A stretch of 64,000 nucleotides of DNA from Candidatus Kapaibacterium sp. (GTDB lineage: Bacteria; Bacteroidota; Ignavibacteria; Kapaibacteriales; UBA2268): positions 4,576,001 to 4,640,000 of the forward strand of contig OY762428.1 of the NCBI GenBank assembly GCA_963665665.1, in the 5' to 3' direction. The notes beneath the pieces are model-generated. The model saw only the letters and a list, made by a program, of their open reading frames with translations, was not told the DNA's origin and did no database searches. The number at the start of each line of letters is the position of its first letter. The first letter of the stretch is position 1. This document shows positions 49,811 to 59,051 of this stretch, one piece after another. A program made the translations under genes and the position numbers.

Positions 49811-50494
49811 ATGGAAATAATCAGAATAGATAACGTTAAAAAGACCTACGCGGAAAACGGTGTTTCCGTTCATGCGCTTCGCGGGGTCGACCTGGTAATA
49901 AAAAAGGGCGAATATACAGTAATAGCAGGCCCCTCGGGTTCCGGCAAAACAACTCTTCTCAACCTGATAGGCTCGCTGGATGTTCCCTCAGAAGGAAAAG
50001 TATTTCTTGAAGGACAGGATCTTTCCGGCAAGAACAAGAAGGAACTTTCGAACGTGCGATTGAACAAGATTGGATTTATCTTCCAGGCTTATAATCTTAT
50101 ACCAGTACTGACAGCTTTGGAAAATATTGAATTTTCGATGATGCTGCTCGGAATACCGGAAAAGACAAGGCATGAAAAGGCAATGAAGATAATGGAAGAG
50201 CTGGAAATATCCGACCTGGCACATAAGCGCCCCAACCAGATGAGCGGCGGACAGCAGCAGCGTGTTGCAGTTGCCAGGGCTATCGTGAATGATCCACTGC
50301 TTGTGCTTGCAGACGAACCGACAGCCAACCTGGATTCGAAAACAGGTTCAAATCTTCTTGACCTGATGGAAAAAATGAACAGGGAGAAAAACATCACTTT
50401 CGTGTTCTCCTCGCATGACGAACAGGTAATTGAAAGAGCCAAAAGGCTGGTTTACCTGAAAGACGGAAAAATTGTTGACGATGAAGTAAGATAA
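49811..50494 (+). CDS. ABC transporter ATP-binding protein (LolD-like)
   Basis: GPSGSGKT, MSGGQQQRVAVARA and LADEPTANLD. Confidence 0.93.
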   Translation: MEIIRIDNVKKTYAENGVSVHALRGVDLVIKKGEYTVIAGPSGSGKTTLLNLIGSLDVPSEGKVFLEGQDLSGKNKKELSNVRLNKIGFIFQAYNLIPVLTALENIEFSMMLLGIPEKTRHEKAMKIMEELEISDLAHKRPNQMSGGQQQRVAVARAIVNDPLLVLADEPTANLDSKTGSNLLDLMEKMNREKNITFVFSSHDEQVIERAKRLVYLKDGKIVDDEVR

Positions 50495-50513
50495 GAACTT
50501 TATCTGATAACTA

Positions 50514-50860
50514 ACAGCGGGGGCAAGAAGCTTTCCTGTCCCCCGCTGGCGCATGAGTTGTCATACTGAGCGCAGCGAAGAGTCCATTCTTCATACATTA
50601 TCTGGCTAAAGAAGATGGATTCTTCAGTCGCAAGAGCAGCGAAATCATATAAAAAAGCTCCGTAGGAGCGGAATTTTTGTAGATAATATTTGCATAATCT
50701 TCATTCGAAGCTCCGTAGGAGCGACATCTGAAATGTAAATGCCGCCCCGACGGGGCTGTTATTCATCCCGGGATCGATTTACTACAAAAATGTCGCGGCT
50801 ACGCCGCTATCCTTCATTCCGATAAACAGGGGGATGAGGGATAAAAATATCTCCCGGCGG
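50514..50860. repeat. Cluster of several REP-like hairpins
   Basis: cagcggggg..cccccgctg, a family-3 element, two agctccgtaggagcg copies, gccccgacggggc and gcggctacgccgc. Confidence 0.75.
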
Positions 50861-50880
50861 TGGATTTACAATTATTTATC

Positions 50881-51069
50881 TCAAAATATCAATCATATAC
50901 CCCACAATTCCGATTTTTTATATCAAAATAGTGATCTGATTGCTGAGAATATCAATTCTTGATCTTAGTATTTTGATTCTTACTTTCAATATTGTGAATC
51001 AATATCGGAAAAGTCTGAATATTTGTACTATAATTCCGATTCTTTATTTCAAAATAATTAATATCCGGA
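50881..51069 (+). repeat. Degenerate 21-bp tandem array (9 units)
   Basis: Splitting every 21 nt aligns tcaaaatatcaat/ccacaattccgat/tcaaaatagtgat/tgagaatatcaat/.../ctataattccgat/tcaaaataattaa. Confidence 0.6.
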
Positions 51070-51869
51070 TTATTTGAATAAAGTTTAATCCTATAAATGA
51101 TTTGGTGTGTGCAATTTGTTGATACCGGATTATTGAGTTAATATTTAGTAAGTGTGATCTATTATATATTTTATTTATCAAAGTATATAATCATCATAAA
51201 TTCATATTTTATCGGTATAATTTATTAAATATTTAAACTATCTTATGCTTGATATAGTTCATCTAACTAAATATTTAATTCATATTATTATTTTATTTAT
51301 GTATATAATAATATAGTAAGTTAGTTTAAGCAATTATATAATATATTCGATTAAATATCAATGTAATATATTTTATTAGGCTAATCTGTTTTTTACTAAA
51401 TAAGGCTATTTATTTAATATGAAATGAATTGGAATTGATATTATGAGTTAATTATTTACTAATATGAATATGTTATTTAATATTTCTGATTGATTATTTA
51501 TGGTTTTTAATATGGGAATTACTAAATTATTTTAGATAATTATTAATTGTAATTATTTAATTTATTATATAAGTTGATTATTTCTTTGAACTTATTAATT
51601 AATTACTTATATTATTAGTGGTTATCATATGAAATGCTCCCTATTGCTTAGACAAATAAAAGTATAGTTTATGGTGTTTATTAATCTATACTTCTTCTCT
51701 AATAAAATAAGAAAAAAATATGTAATAATATTAATTTTTCTTTTTTTTGCTACTTTTTTTTCTTTTTGTTAACAACCTGGAAATTGTGGATAACTTTCAC
51801 TCTCCTTTCTATTTCTTTTTTTATCAATTGCTTACCGGATTACATTTTTTCACTTTTCCAACAAAGTTT

Positions 51870-52715
51870 TCAATTAACGAACCGCTGTTCGTTCATATAT
51901 TTTTCAGCCGGAATCTGGTATTCAATTCCTGCGTGCGGCCTCGTGTTGTTATACCAATCGACATAAGCCTTTATACCGCCATAGAGCTCTTTTCCGTCTT
52001 CGTAAGACTTCAGATACAGGTCTTCGTATTTAAAGCTCCGCCAGAAGCGTTCTATGTAAACATTGTCCAAGGCGCGGCCCTTGCCGTCCATGCTTACCTT
52101 AACATCAGCATCCAGAATCGTTTTCACAAAATCATTGCTCGTGAACTGACTGCCCTGATCCGTGTTTGTTATTTCCGGTTTCCTGGTTTTCAAAGACCTT
52201 TTTATTGTATCTATGCAGAACTCCTTCTCAAGGTTATTCGATAATTCCCAGTCGACGATATACCTGCTATAAACATCTATAATTGCTATAAGATACATAA
52301 ATCCTTTACGCATCGGAATATATGTTATATCCAGGCTCCAAACCTGATCCGGACGACTTATTTTCATATCCCTCAACAGGTATGGATAAATTTTGTGCTC
52401 CTTGTTCGGTTTGCTCGTGTCCGGTTGGGGATATATTGCCCGAAGTCCCAATAATTTCATTAATCGCCTGATTCGTTTATAGTTAACATGGTATCCCAAA
52501 GAACGTAAGTGTGCTGTCATTTTTCTGGCTCCATAAAATGGAGTAATCGCGAATTGTTCTTTGATCAGCTTCATATATAGAATATTTGCTTCACTTTCAC
52601 CCTTGGGTTTGTAATAATAACAGCTCCTGCTAATACCCAAAAGCTCGCACTGCCGGCTTATGCTAATTTCTTTATTATCAGCATCTACCATCTTCCTGCG
52701 TTCTTCTTTACTCAC
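51870..52715 (-). CDS. IS3 transposase OrfB (DDE integrase core)
   Basis: WSLDITY, NTDQGSQFTS, DNVYIERFWRSFKYE and YN..RPH. Confidence 0.95.
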   Translation of the reverse strand: MSKEERRKMVDADNKEISISRQCELLGISRSCYYYKPKGESEANILYMKLIKEQFAITPFYGARKMTAHLRSLGYHVNYKRIRRLMKLLGLRAIYPQPDTSKPNKEHKIYPYLLRDMKISRPDQVWSLDITYIPMRKGFMYLIAIIDVYSRYIVDWELSNNLEKEFCIDTIKRSLKTRKPEITNTDQGSQFTSNDFVKTILDADVKVSMDGKGRALDNVYIERFWRSFKYEDLYLKSYEDGKELYGGIKAYVDWYNNTRPHAGIEYQIPAEKYMNEQRFVN

Positions 52716-52995
52716 GGCCCAATTTTTTTTTTAACCAGTCTAATTCAATTTTTAGCCGGCCTATTTCTTCATATAATACTGATTCGTCTTTTTCTTTTTT
52801 ATTCTTCCCTGGCCCACGCTTGTTTTCAAATACTTCCTTTTCACTTTCTTTTAAATGCTTTTTCCACATGCTTATCTGGTTTGGATGAACCCCGTACTCC
52901 GATGCCAGCTCGGTTATTGTTTTTCTCTCTTGGACTGCCTCCAGGGCTACCTGCATTTTGAATTTTGAACTGTAATTTCTTCGTTTGTTTGCCAT
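52708..52995 (-). CDS. IS3 transposase OrfA (HTH)
   Basis: YSSKFK.QVALEA...ELASEYGVHPNQI..WKK; an A10 slippery run at the orfA/orfB overlap (about 52723-52732). Confidence 0.95.
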   Translation of the reverse strand: MANKRRNYSSKFKMQVALEAVQERKTITELASEYGVHPNQISMWKKHLKESEKEVFENKRGPGKNKKEKDESVLYEEIGRLKIELDWLKKKLGRE

Positions 52996-53095
52996 TTGAT
53001 GCTCCTTTTGATTTTTTGCAAGTTAAGATTATTTCACCTTAAATCGCTGTTTTTTTTAAAGGAAGCCGTTCAATATTATATATCGGGGAGAGATA

Positions 53096-54010
53096 ATGGC
53101 TGAAATATTAAACAATAATTTTTCGCAGGACAATCATGATATCAGGGCTGAAAGGCTTAGGAAAATTCAGGATAATCATGATTTTATTCGTGATGAGCTT
53201 CATGCGCCGGAGGAGATATGTATTTGGGCTGAGGACTGTTATGATATATTCATGAATAAGATTAGTTCGTCGGCGGTGGACACTGCGCAGTGGCATTCAC
53301 AGACCTTTTCGGTGCAGAACATGCTTAAGGAACTGACGGAATGTTATCAGATTGTGCGGGCGTTGGGTATTCCGATTTACGCGGATGATCAGAAGCATCT
53401 GAAGGATTTTGATTTTGGGCTGAGGTTCCCAAAGTCGCGCCTGGAGATGCTTTCGAGGGCCGAGCTGATTATTGAAGTGCACAACCGGCACGTTCAGGAG
53501 GGGCTGCCGAAAACTATTCCGCAGCTGATGATAGACAGGCTGGCTGAGGCGATTGCCGAAACGGAGCTGGCGATGGAGGAGCAGGAGCAGAAGAAGAAGC
53601 GCGCGATGCACAGCACTGCGGAGCTGAAGGAGCTGATGAAGGCCGACGAGTGGCTGCTGACCTTGCTGAAGGGCTGGTGGCGCGGGGTGATGGGCAAGGA
53701 TTCGGTGCTGATACAGAAAATCGGGATGGTGAACCTGAAAAGGCGCGGAAACCCGCACAGGCCCGAGGCTCCGGCGGATTTTGACTATGATGCCGCGCAG
53801 GAGATTTTTTCATGGCCGGAAGTGGAGGGCGCGACGAGTTACGAGATTGTGACGCGGAGCGCTAAAAAGGGTAAAAAATGGCGGAAAGCCTGGCGGGGCC
53901 GCGATCTGAGCGCTATGCTGCCTCCACCGGAGATTCCGGCAGAGTATGCCGTCCGTGCGCGCAACCATAATGGTTACGGGCTGATAAGCGCTGTGGTGGC
54001 GGTGGGATAG
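53096..54010 (+). CDS. Hypothetical protein: helical N-terminal region plus C-terminal FN3-like domain
   Basis: SD ggggagag; C-terminal PEAPADF..FSWPEVEGATSYEI...YAVRARN..GYG; atypical G-ending codon usage. Confidence 0.75.
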   Translation: MAEILNNNFSQDNHDIRAERLRKIQDNHDFIRDELHAPEEICIWAEDCYDIFMNKISSSAVDTAQWHSQTFSVQNMLKELTECYQIVRALGIPIYADDQKHLKDFDFGLRFPKSRLEMLSRAELIIEVHNRHVQEGLPKTIPQLMIDRLAEAIAETELAMEEQEQKKKRAMHSTAELKELMKADEWLLTLLKGWWRGVMGKDSVLIQKIGMVNLKRRGNPHRPEAPADFDYDAAQEIFSWPEVEGATSYEIVTRSAKKGKKWRKAWRGRDLSAMLPPPEIPAEYAVRARNHNGYGLISAVVAVG

Positions 54011-54050
54011 GCGGAAGCTCGAAGGATACCCGAAGGGCGGGGTGGTTTCA

Positions 54051-54094
54051 TTTTCTTTGCCTCCCTTATCCACGAGCTAAAGCACGTGGCTATT
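54051..54094 (-). repeat. REP-like family 2 copy
   Basis: Reverse complement is identical to 14247-14290. Confidence 0.85.
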
Positions 54095-54174
54095 TTTAAG
54101 AGTAAAAATTTTCAGATTTTGATTGTTTTCCTGATAACGAGAGATCGAGGGGCGGGCAGTAGCAGAGAAATTAT

Positions 54175-54548
54175 TTAAATATGAATTTTTTCCAATTTCT
54201 TTTGCAGCTTTTTATCAAAAGTAAAAATTATTTCCTGGCTGGTTAATTTATAAGCGCAAAGCAGACAATCAACTAAATCAAGATTAGTAGATCGGTAGTA
54301 TTCAAGAGCGATAGTAATCAGCCTTTGATCTATAATATTTATGTTTGGAAAACTGATAAGAGTGGATAATGTTTTTGAAATTTCAGGATTAGAAACGCTA
54401 TAAACTTTTTCCAGAACATAAACAACTTCGCAAAAACTTCATTCGGGAGAAAAATCGATTCGTTTTCAATAATTTCTGCCGCAATTTCTGCTTGTTCCTG
54501 CAGATCATTTAAAAGGTATCTTAAATAAACATTTGCATCAACTATCAT
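54175..54548 (-). pseudogene. vapC: PIN-domain (VapC) toxin, frameshifted
   Basis: MIVDANVYLRYLLND..EVFA; after a 1-nt shift near 54430 it continues EVVYVLEKVY...LDLVDCLLCAY...TFDKKL* to 54175. Confidence 0.8.
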
Positions 54549-54789
54549 GTTTGTCCTTTACAGCCTGAGCCCAGGCAATCTTTTCTTTACTAATCTTTTC
54601 GGGAGATGAATAAGCTTGCAACGAGCCGCGAAGTCCGGTCGTGTTTTTTTCGTTTGTGTTATCATTAATTGCATTTATTATAATCTCAACTTTTTTGCCA
54701 ACAAACTTATCGAGTTTATCCAACAAAATTGTTCTTGAGCTAATGTCCTTATATATTTTTAAACTTTCCATCTTCTTTCCTGTATTCAT
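54538..54789 (-). CDS. Putative antitoxin
   Basis: Small ORF overlapping the vapC start, GKKVEIII...LRGSL..Y...EK.AW. Confidence 0.7.
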   Translation of the reverse strand: MNTGKKMESLKIYKDISSRTILLDKLDKFVGKKVEIIINAINDNTNEKNTTGLRGSLQAYSSPEKISKEKIAWAQAVKDKHDS

Positions 54790-55207
54790 TCCATTTACAA
54801 ATAAAGACTATTAAATATACTAAATATCTATCTTAATAGGAATTATAATTGTCATATTTCCGAAGCTTGCTATTGAAAAATCCATATTTTCTGGCAGATA
54901 ATCTTGAAGAATTGATCCTCCGCTTTGCTCAGGATGACATCAACCCTGCCTTTGACAAATTCAATTTCCACGTGCTCCAGCTCGTGGATAAAGATGCCCT
55001 GTCTGAAGGGTAAGAAAAAAGAACCCACTTCCTGCCTGCCCCGACGTGTCGTAACCCTTCAGACACCCGCAACCTTTCCCGTTTTATCGGGGCCAGTGGT
55101 GGACATAGAGGATTCCAATATTTTTTATTATAAGTCCATATTTATACAAAAAAAACATCCGATGACTTCAAGCCATCGGATGAATAAGATAATTAATCAA
55201 TATAGAA

Positions 55208-55597
55208 TTAATCCAGCACTGCTTTGTAGCAGTAGTTAATAATTCCCGAGTGGCCTTCCTCGCCCATTTTCCTCATTACGAAGCGGACGGAAGCGCCAAT
55301 CTTTAAATCGGAAGCGTTGCAGTCAACAACCTGTGCGGTTATCCTGGCTCCCTCGTCGGTTTCAATAATAGCAACCGGGAATGGTTTGTATTTGGCGAAA
55401 TCATCAGCAGGGAGATTGACAATTGTATAAGTAATTATCTTGCCTGTTCCCTTCAGCGTGATGTTCTCAAATTCCCTTTCGCCTGATTCGGGATCGATGT
55501 AGCGTCTTGCCAGCGTTACGTAGCCGCTTTTAAATTTTTGGGCTTCGAGCCTGTACCTGTGCGGTATTTCGCGTGTATATCTTTGACTGTTTGCCAT
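55208..55597 (-). CDS. DUF35 (Zn-ribbon/OB-fold) scaffold protein, Cys-less ribbon
   Basis: REIP.RYRL, G.GKI.TYT, P..VAIIE.DEG.R.TAQVVD and EEG.SGII.Y.YK. Confidence 0.9.
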   Translation of the reverse strand: MANSQRYTREIPHRYRLEAQKFKSGYVTLARRYIDPESGEREFENITLKGTGKIITYTIVNLPADDFAKYKPFPVAIIETDEGARITAQVVDCNASDLKIGASVRFVMRKMGEEGHSGIINYCYKAVLD

Positions 55598-56745
55598 TAT
55601 ACTGCCTCCAGAATAGATACAACAGAACTTCCTCCCGAGCCGCCCATGTTCTGGGCCATTCCTAACCTGGCATTTTCTACCTGACGCTTGCCTGCATCGC
55701 CCTGAAGCTGCTTGGTAACTTCAATTATCTGGGCAATGCCTGTTGCTCCAACCGGATGGCCCTTGGCTTTCAGGCCTCCGCTTGTATTAATAATCACTTT
55801 GGAGCCGTAAGTTCCCTCGCCGTTGGCTATAGCTTTTCCTGCCTGGCCGTATTCGAAGAATCCGAGTTCCTCGGCAACGATTATCTCTGCTATCGAGAAG
55901 CAGTCGTGTACTTCGGCAAACTGAATATCTTTCGGTGTTACACCGCCCATTTTATATGCTTTCTCGGCTGCCATACGAACAGCATCGAGTTTGGTGACGT
56001 CCTTATGGTCATGCAGTGCAATTGGCCCTGTAGCCGCGCCGATTGCTTTTATCTTAACAGGATTTTTTACAATTTGTTTAGCTTTGTCCATCGGGCAAAG
56101 TATAACTGCTGCAGCGCCGTCTGTAATAGGCGAGCAGTCCATCAGCCTTAGCGGATCGGCTACCATTGCCGAACTAAGAACAGTCTTCAGGTTGATCTCG
56201 AATGGATACTGTGCTTCGGGATTGTGTATAGAATGCTTGTGGTTTTTGATAGGAACCTGTGCCAGCTCCTCACGAGTCAGACCGTAGCGATCCATGTATG
56301 CTCTTGCCATCATGGCGTAGAGGCCCGGGAATGTGATGCCATGGAATGCTTCGTATTCCTGGTCGGCAGCAGTGGCGAGGATCATTGAACCGTCATCAGC
56401 ATCCCACATTTTTTCAACACCACCGGCCATAACAAAATCGCTCATACCGGAAGCCACTTCCATAAAAGCCGATCTTAAGGACATTCCGCCGGAAGCACAG
56501 GCCGATTCTATTCTGGCACCGGCAATTCCGCGCTGCCCGATATAATCTGCCATCACTGAGGAAATATGTTCCTGGTAAGTATATAATCCGCTGGACATGG
56601 CGCCCACGTATAAAGAATCAATTTTATCGATCCCGGCATTATCCATAGCTTTCAGGGCTGCTTCTGCGAACATATCCCTGAGGCTTTGATCCCAAAGCTC
56701 TCCAAACTTTGTCATGCCGATGCCGATTATTGCAACTTCGCGCAT
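55597..56745 (-). CDS. Archaeal/SCP2-type acetoacetyl-CoA thiolase
   Basis: [27 protein letters not shown] and KGHPVGATG. Confidence 0.92.
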   Translation of the reverse strand: MREVAIIGIGMTKFGELWDQSLRDMFAEAALKAMDNAGIDKIDSLYVGAMSSGLYTYQEHISSVMADYIGQRGIAGARIESACASGGMSLRSAFMEVASGMSDFVMAGGVEKMWDADDGSMILATAADQEYEAFHGITFPGLYAMMARAYMDRYGLTREELAQVPIKNHKHSIHNPEAQYPFEINLKTVLSSAMVADPLRLMDCSPITDGAAAVILCPMDKAKQIVKNPVKIKAIGAATGPIALHDHKDVTKLDAVRMAAEKAYKMGGVTPKDIQFAEVHDCFSIAEIIVAEELGFFEYGQAGKAIANGEGTYGSKVIINTSGGLKAKGHPVGATGIAQIIEVTKQLQGDAGKRQVENARLGMAQNMGGSGGSSVVSILEAV

Positions 56746-56781
56746 ATTTTATTCTCCGATTTATTTCAATAATTATTATTA

Positions 56782-57837
56782 TCAATGAATATCATTATAC
56801 CTGATTTTGCGCCTGTAGGCCGCATACTCGCCATAAGACAGGTAAATCTTCTTGCCGTCGATAAGTTCTCTTGTTTTAGGGGCAAGTGCCTGAACTTCGG
56901 TTATTTTATCGGTTGCACGGAAAATGAAACCGTCCGAACCGGCGCCGGAACCGAACGAGATCATAAAGGCATTTTCACCCGGTTTCAATTCGTCAAGAAT
57001 TGCTGCCATACCGGTTGGTGAGGAACCGGAATAGGTATTACCCATTTTGTTCACTACCCAGCCCTGTTTCATTTGCTCGTTTGTGAATCCTACTATTTTA
57101 CCAGCTTTAAGCGGGAATTTGCCGTTAGGCATGTGGAATACCGCGTGCGCAAAGTCTTCGGGTTTCATGTTGGCCTTTTCAAGCAGAGCGTGAGCTGCTC
57201 CCAGCACGTGTTTGAAGTATGCAGGTTCGCCGGTAAAGCGTCCGCCATGGCGCGGGTAGTGCATGTGCTCGCGCCGCCAGAAGTCGGCAGTATCGCTGGT
57301 GAAGGAGTGAGTTTCTATTACTTCGGCAACAACGTTTTCGCCTTTGCCGAAAATAAAGGCAGAGCCGCCTGCGGAAGCTGAATATTCGAGTGCGTCTCCG
57401 GGTGCTCCCTGTGATGTGTCAGCGCCTATTCCCATAGAATATTCCATGTTGCCGGATTTTACATGGCTGTATGAAACAAACATGGCTTCGGCTCCGGCTT
57501 TACATGCAAATTCAAAATCAGCTACATGTACATGGGGGCCGATTCCAAGCGCGTCAATTAGTACTGTTCCTGAAGGTTTAACAGCATAAGGGTGTGATTC
57601 GGAGCCGATATAGACAGCTCCAATATCCTGGGGATTGATTTTTGCTCTTTTCAAAGCATTTTTCGCTGCCTCGATAGCAATAGTAATAGTATCCTCATCC
57701 CTTCCAGGGACGGTTTTCTCACTAAGCAGAAGGCCGTTTTCGATAGTATTGCAGTCATCGCCCCATTGATCGGCGATGGTGGATGTTTTGATCCGGTAAG
57801 CCGGAACATAAGATCCATAACCGACTATTCCTATCAT
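56782..57837 (-). CDS. Archaeal-type hydroxymethylglutaryl-CoA synthase
   Basis: GIVGYG.YVP.YRI, GSESHPYAVKP, EFACKAG, FH.PNGKFP, GNTYSG and SFGSGAGSD. Confidence 0.92.
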   Translation of the reverse strand: MIGIVGYGSYVPAYRIKTSTIADQWGDDCNTIENGLLLSEKTVPGRDEDTITIAIEAAKNALKRAKINPQDIGAVYIGSESHPYAVKPSGTVLIDALGIGPHVHVADFEFACKAGAEAMFVSYSHVKSGNMEYSMGIGADTSQGAPGDALEYSASAGGSAFIFGKGENVVAEVIETHSFTSDTADFWRREHMHYPRHGGRFTGEPAYFKHVLGAAHALLEKANMKPEDFAHAVFHMPNGKFPLKAGKIVGFTNEQMKQGWVVNKMGNTYSGSSPTGMAAILDELKPGENAFMISFGSGAGSDGFIFRATDKITEVQALAPKTRELIDGKKIYLSYGEYAAYRRKIRYNDIH

Positions 57838-57887
57838 AAAATTCTCCGGATTGTGTGTTACAAAATATTTAAAACCAAATAAATTTC

Positions 57888-59051
57888 TCAGTCAAAATCC
57901 CAGCAACCAATACTCCTGGCAATTACCAGTCTTTGAATCTCGGAAGTTCCCTCGCCGATTTCGAGAAGCTTTTGGTCGCGGTAAAATTTTTCAGCATCGT
58001 ATTCTTTCATCAGGCCGTAGCCGCCGTGTATCTGAACGCAGTGGTTGGCAGCCATGTGTGACAGTTCAGAGCAGTAAAGCTTAGCTATGGCTCCTTCCTT
58101 TGTAATTCTTTTTCCTTCGTCAGCCATTCTGCATACGTCATATAGGTATGTTCTGGCTAGTTCAAGGCCGGTTTCAATATCAGCAAGTTTGAATGCAGTT
58201 GTCTGGAAAGTAGAAATGGGACGGCGGAACTGCTTTCTTTCCTTCGAGTATTTCAAAGCGGCTTCGAAGGCTCCCTGTGCGTTTCCAAGGCCCATTGCGG
58301 CTATTGAAAGCCTACCCTTATCAAGAGTGCCAAGCATTTGTTTGAATCCGTCTCCCTGCTTGCCGAGCATGTTCTCCTCGGGTACGCGAACGTCTTCCAG
58401 AATAAGTTCACTCGTGTTTGATGCCCGCCACATCATTTTGTCGTGCATTACTTTTGGCGTGTATCCTGGAGTACCGTTTTCAACAATGAAACAGGATAGT
58501 TCTTTACTTCCATCAGGCTTTTCACCTGTACAGGCCATTATCGTTGATCCAAGAGTGATATCAGTGGCAGCATTGGTTATAAAAATCTTGCTTCCGTTAA
58601 TCACCCATTCATTTCCGTCTTTGACGGCAGTAGTCTGTGTATTTCCTGCATCAGAGCCTGCATTCGGTTCTGTCAGGCCGAATCCCCAGAGCTTTCCGCT
58701 GCAAATTTCCGGGAGGTATTTCTTTTTTTGTTCCTCATTTCCAAAATACATCAGCGGTGCTGTGCCAAGAGAGTTGTGAGCGGCAATTGTCGCTCCCTGG
58801 CTTCCGTCCACACGTGAAAGTTCTTCAACAATAAGAATATAAGTTAAATAATCAAGGCCGCTGCCCCCGTATTCCTCGGGAACAATTGCAGCTAATAATC
58901 CCATATCAGCCATCTCGGCTGTTATTTCATAAGAAAACTCTTCTTTCTCATCCAGTTCCTTTGCTTTTGGCTTTATTACTTCCTCAGCAAATTTTCGGAT
59001 GGTATCCCGGAGCATTACCTGTTCCTGGATTAAGTTTCGGTTCAATGGCAT
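57888..59051 (-). CDS. Acyl-CoA dehydrogenase
   Basis: FGLTEPNAGSDA, NGSKIFITN, QIHGGYG and IGEGTSEIQR. Confidence 0.95.
   Translation of the reverse strand: MPLNRNLIQEQVMLRDTIRKFAEEVIKPKAKELDEKEEFSYEITAEMADMGLLAAIVPEEYGGSGLDYLTYILIVEELSRVDGSQGATIAAHNSLGTAPLMYFGNEEQKKKYLPEICSGKLWGFGLTEPNAGSDAGNTQTTAVKDGNEWVINGSKIFITNAATDITLGSTIMACTGEKPDGSKELSCFIVENGTPGYTPKVMHDKMMWRASNTSELILEDVRVPEENMLGKQGDGFKQMLGTLDKGRLSIAAMGLGNAQGAFEAALKYSKERKQFRRPISTFQTTAFKLADIETGLELARTYLYDVCRMADEGKRITKEGAIAKLYCSELSHMAANHCVQIHGGYGLMKEYDAEKFYRDQKLLEIGEGTSEIQRLVIARSIGCWDFD

Larger units (their letters stand above)
51630..53072 (-). mobile_element. IS3-family insertion sequence (1443 bp)
   Basis: TG...CA ends with imperfect 25-bp IRs (TGAAATGCTCCCTATTGCTTAGACA / TGAACGGCTTCCTTTAAAAAAAACA), a 3-bp ATA target duplication, and orfA plus orfB. 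Confidence 0.88.

Noticed and set aside
51070-51800. Chromosomal origin (oriC)
   Set aside because: AT-rich with one perfect DnaA box, but that box lies inside the IS, there is no box cluster or dnaA/gidA context, and flanking genes mostly converge on the region.
58087-58779. Long antisense ORFs over the acyl-CoA dehydrogenase (likewise over murC, mutB, rpsA and the IS)
   Set aside because: Shadow frames of well-supported genes on the opposite strand.
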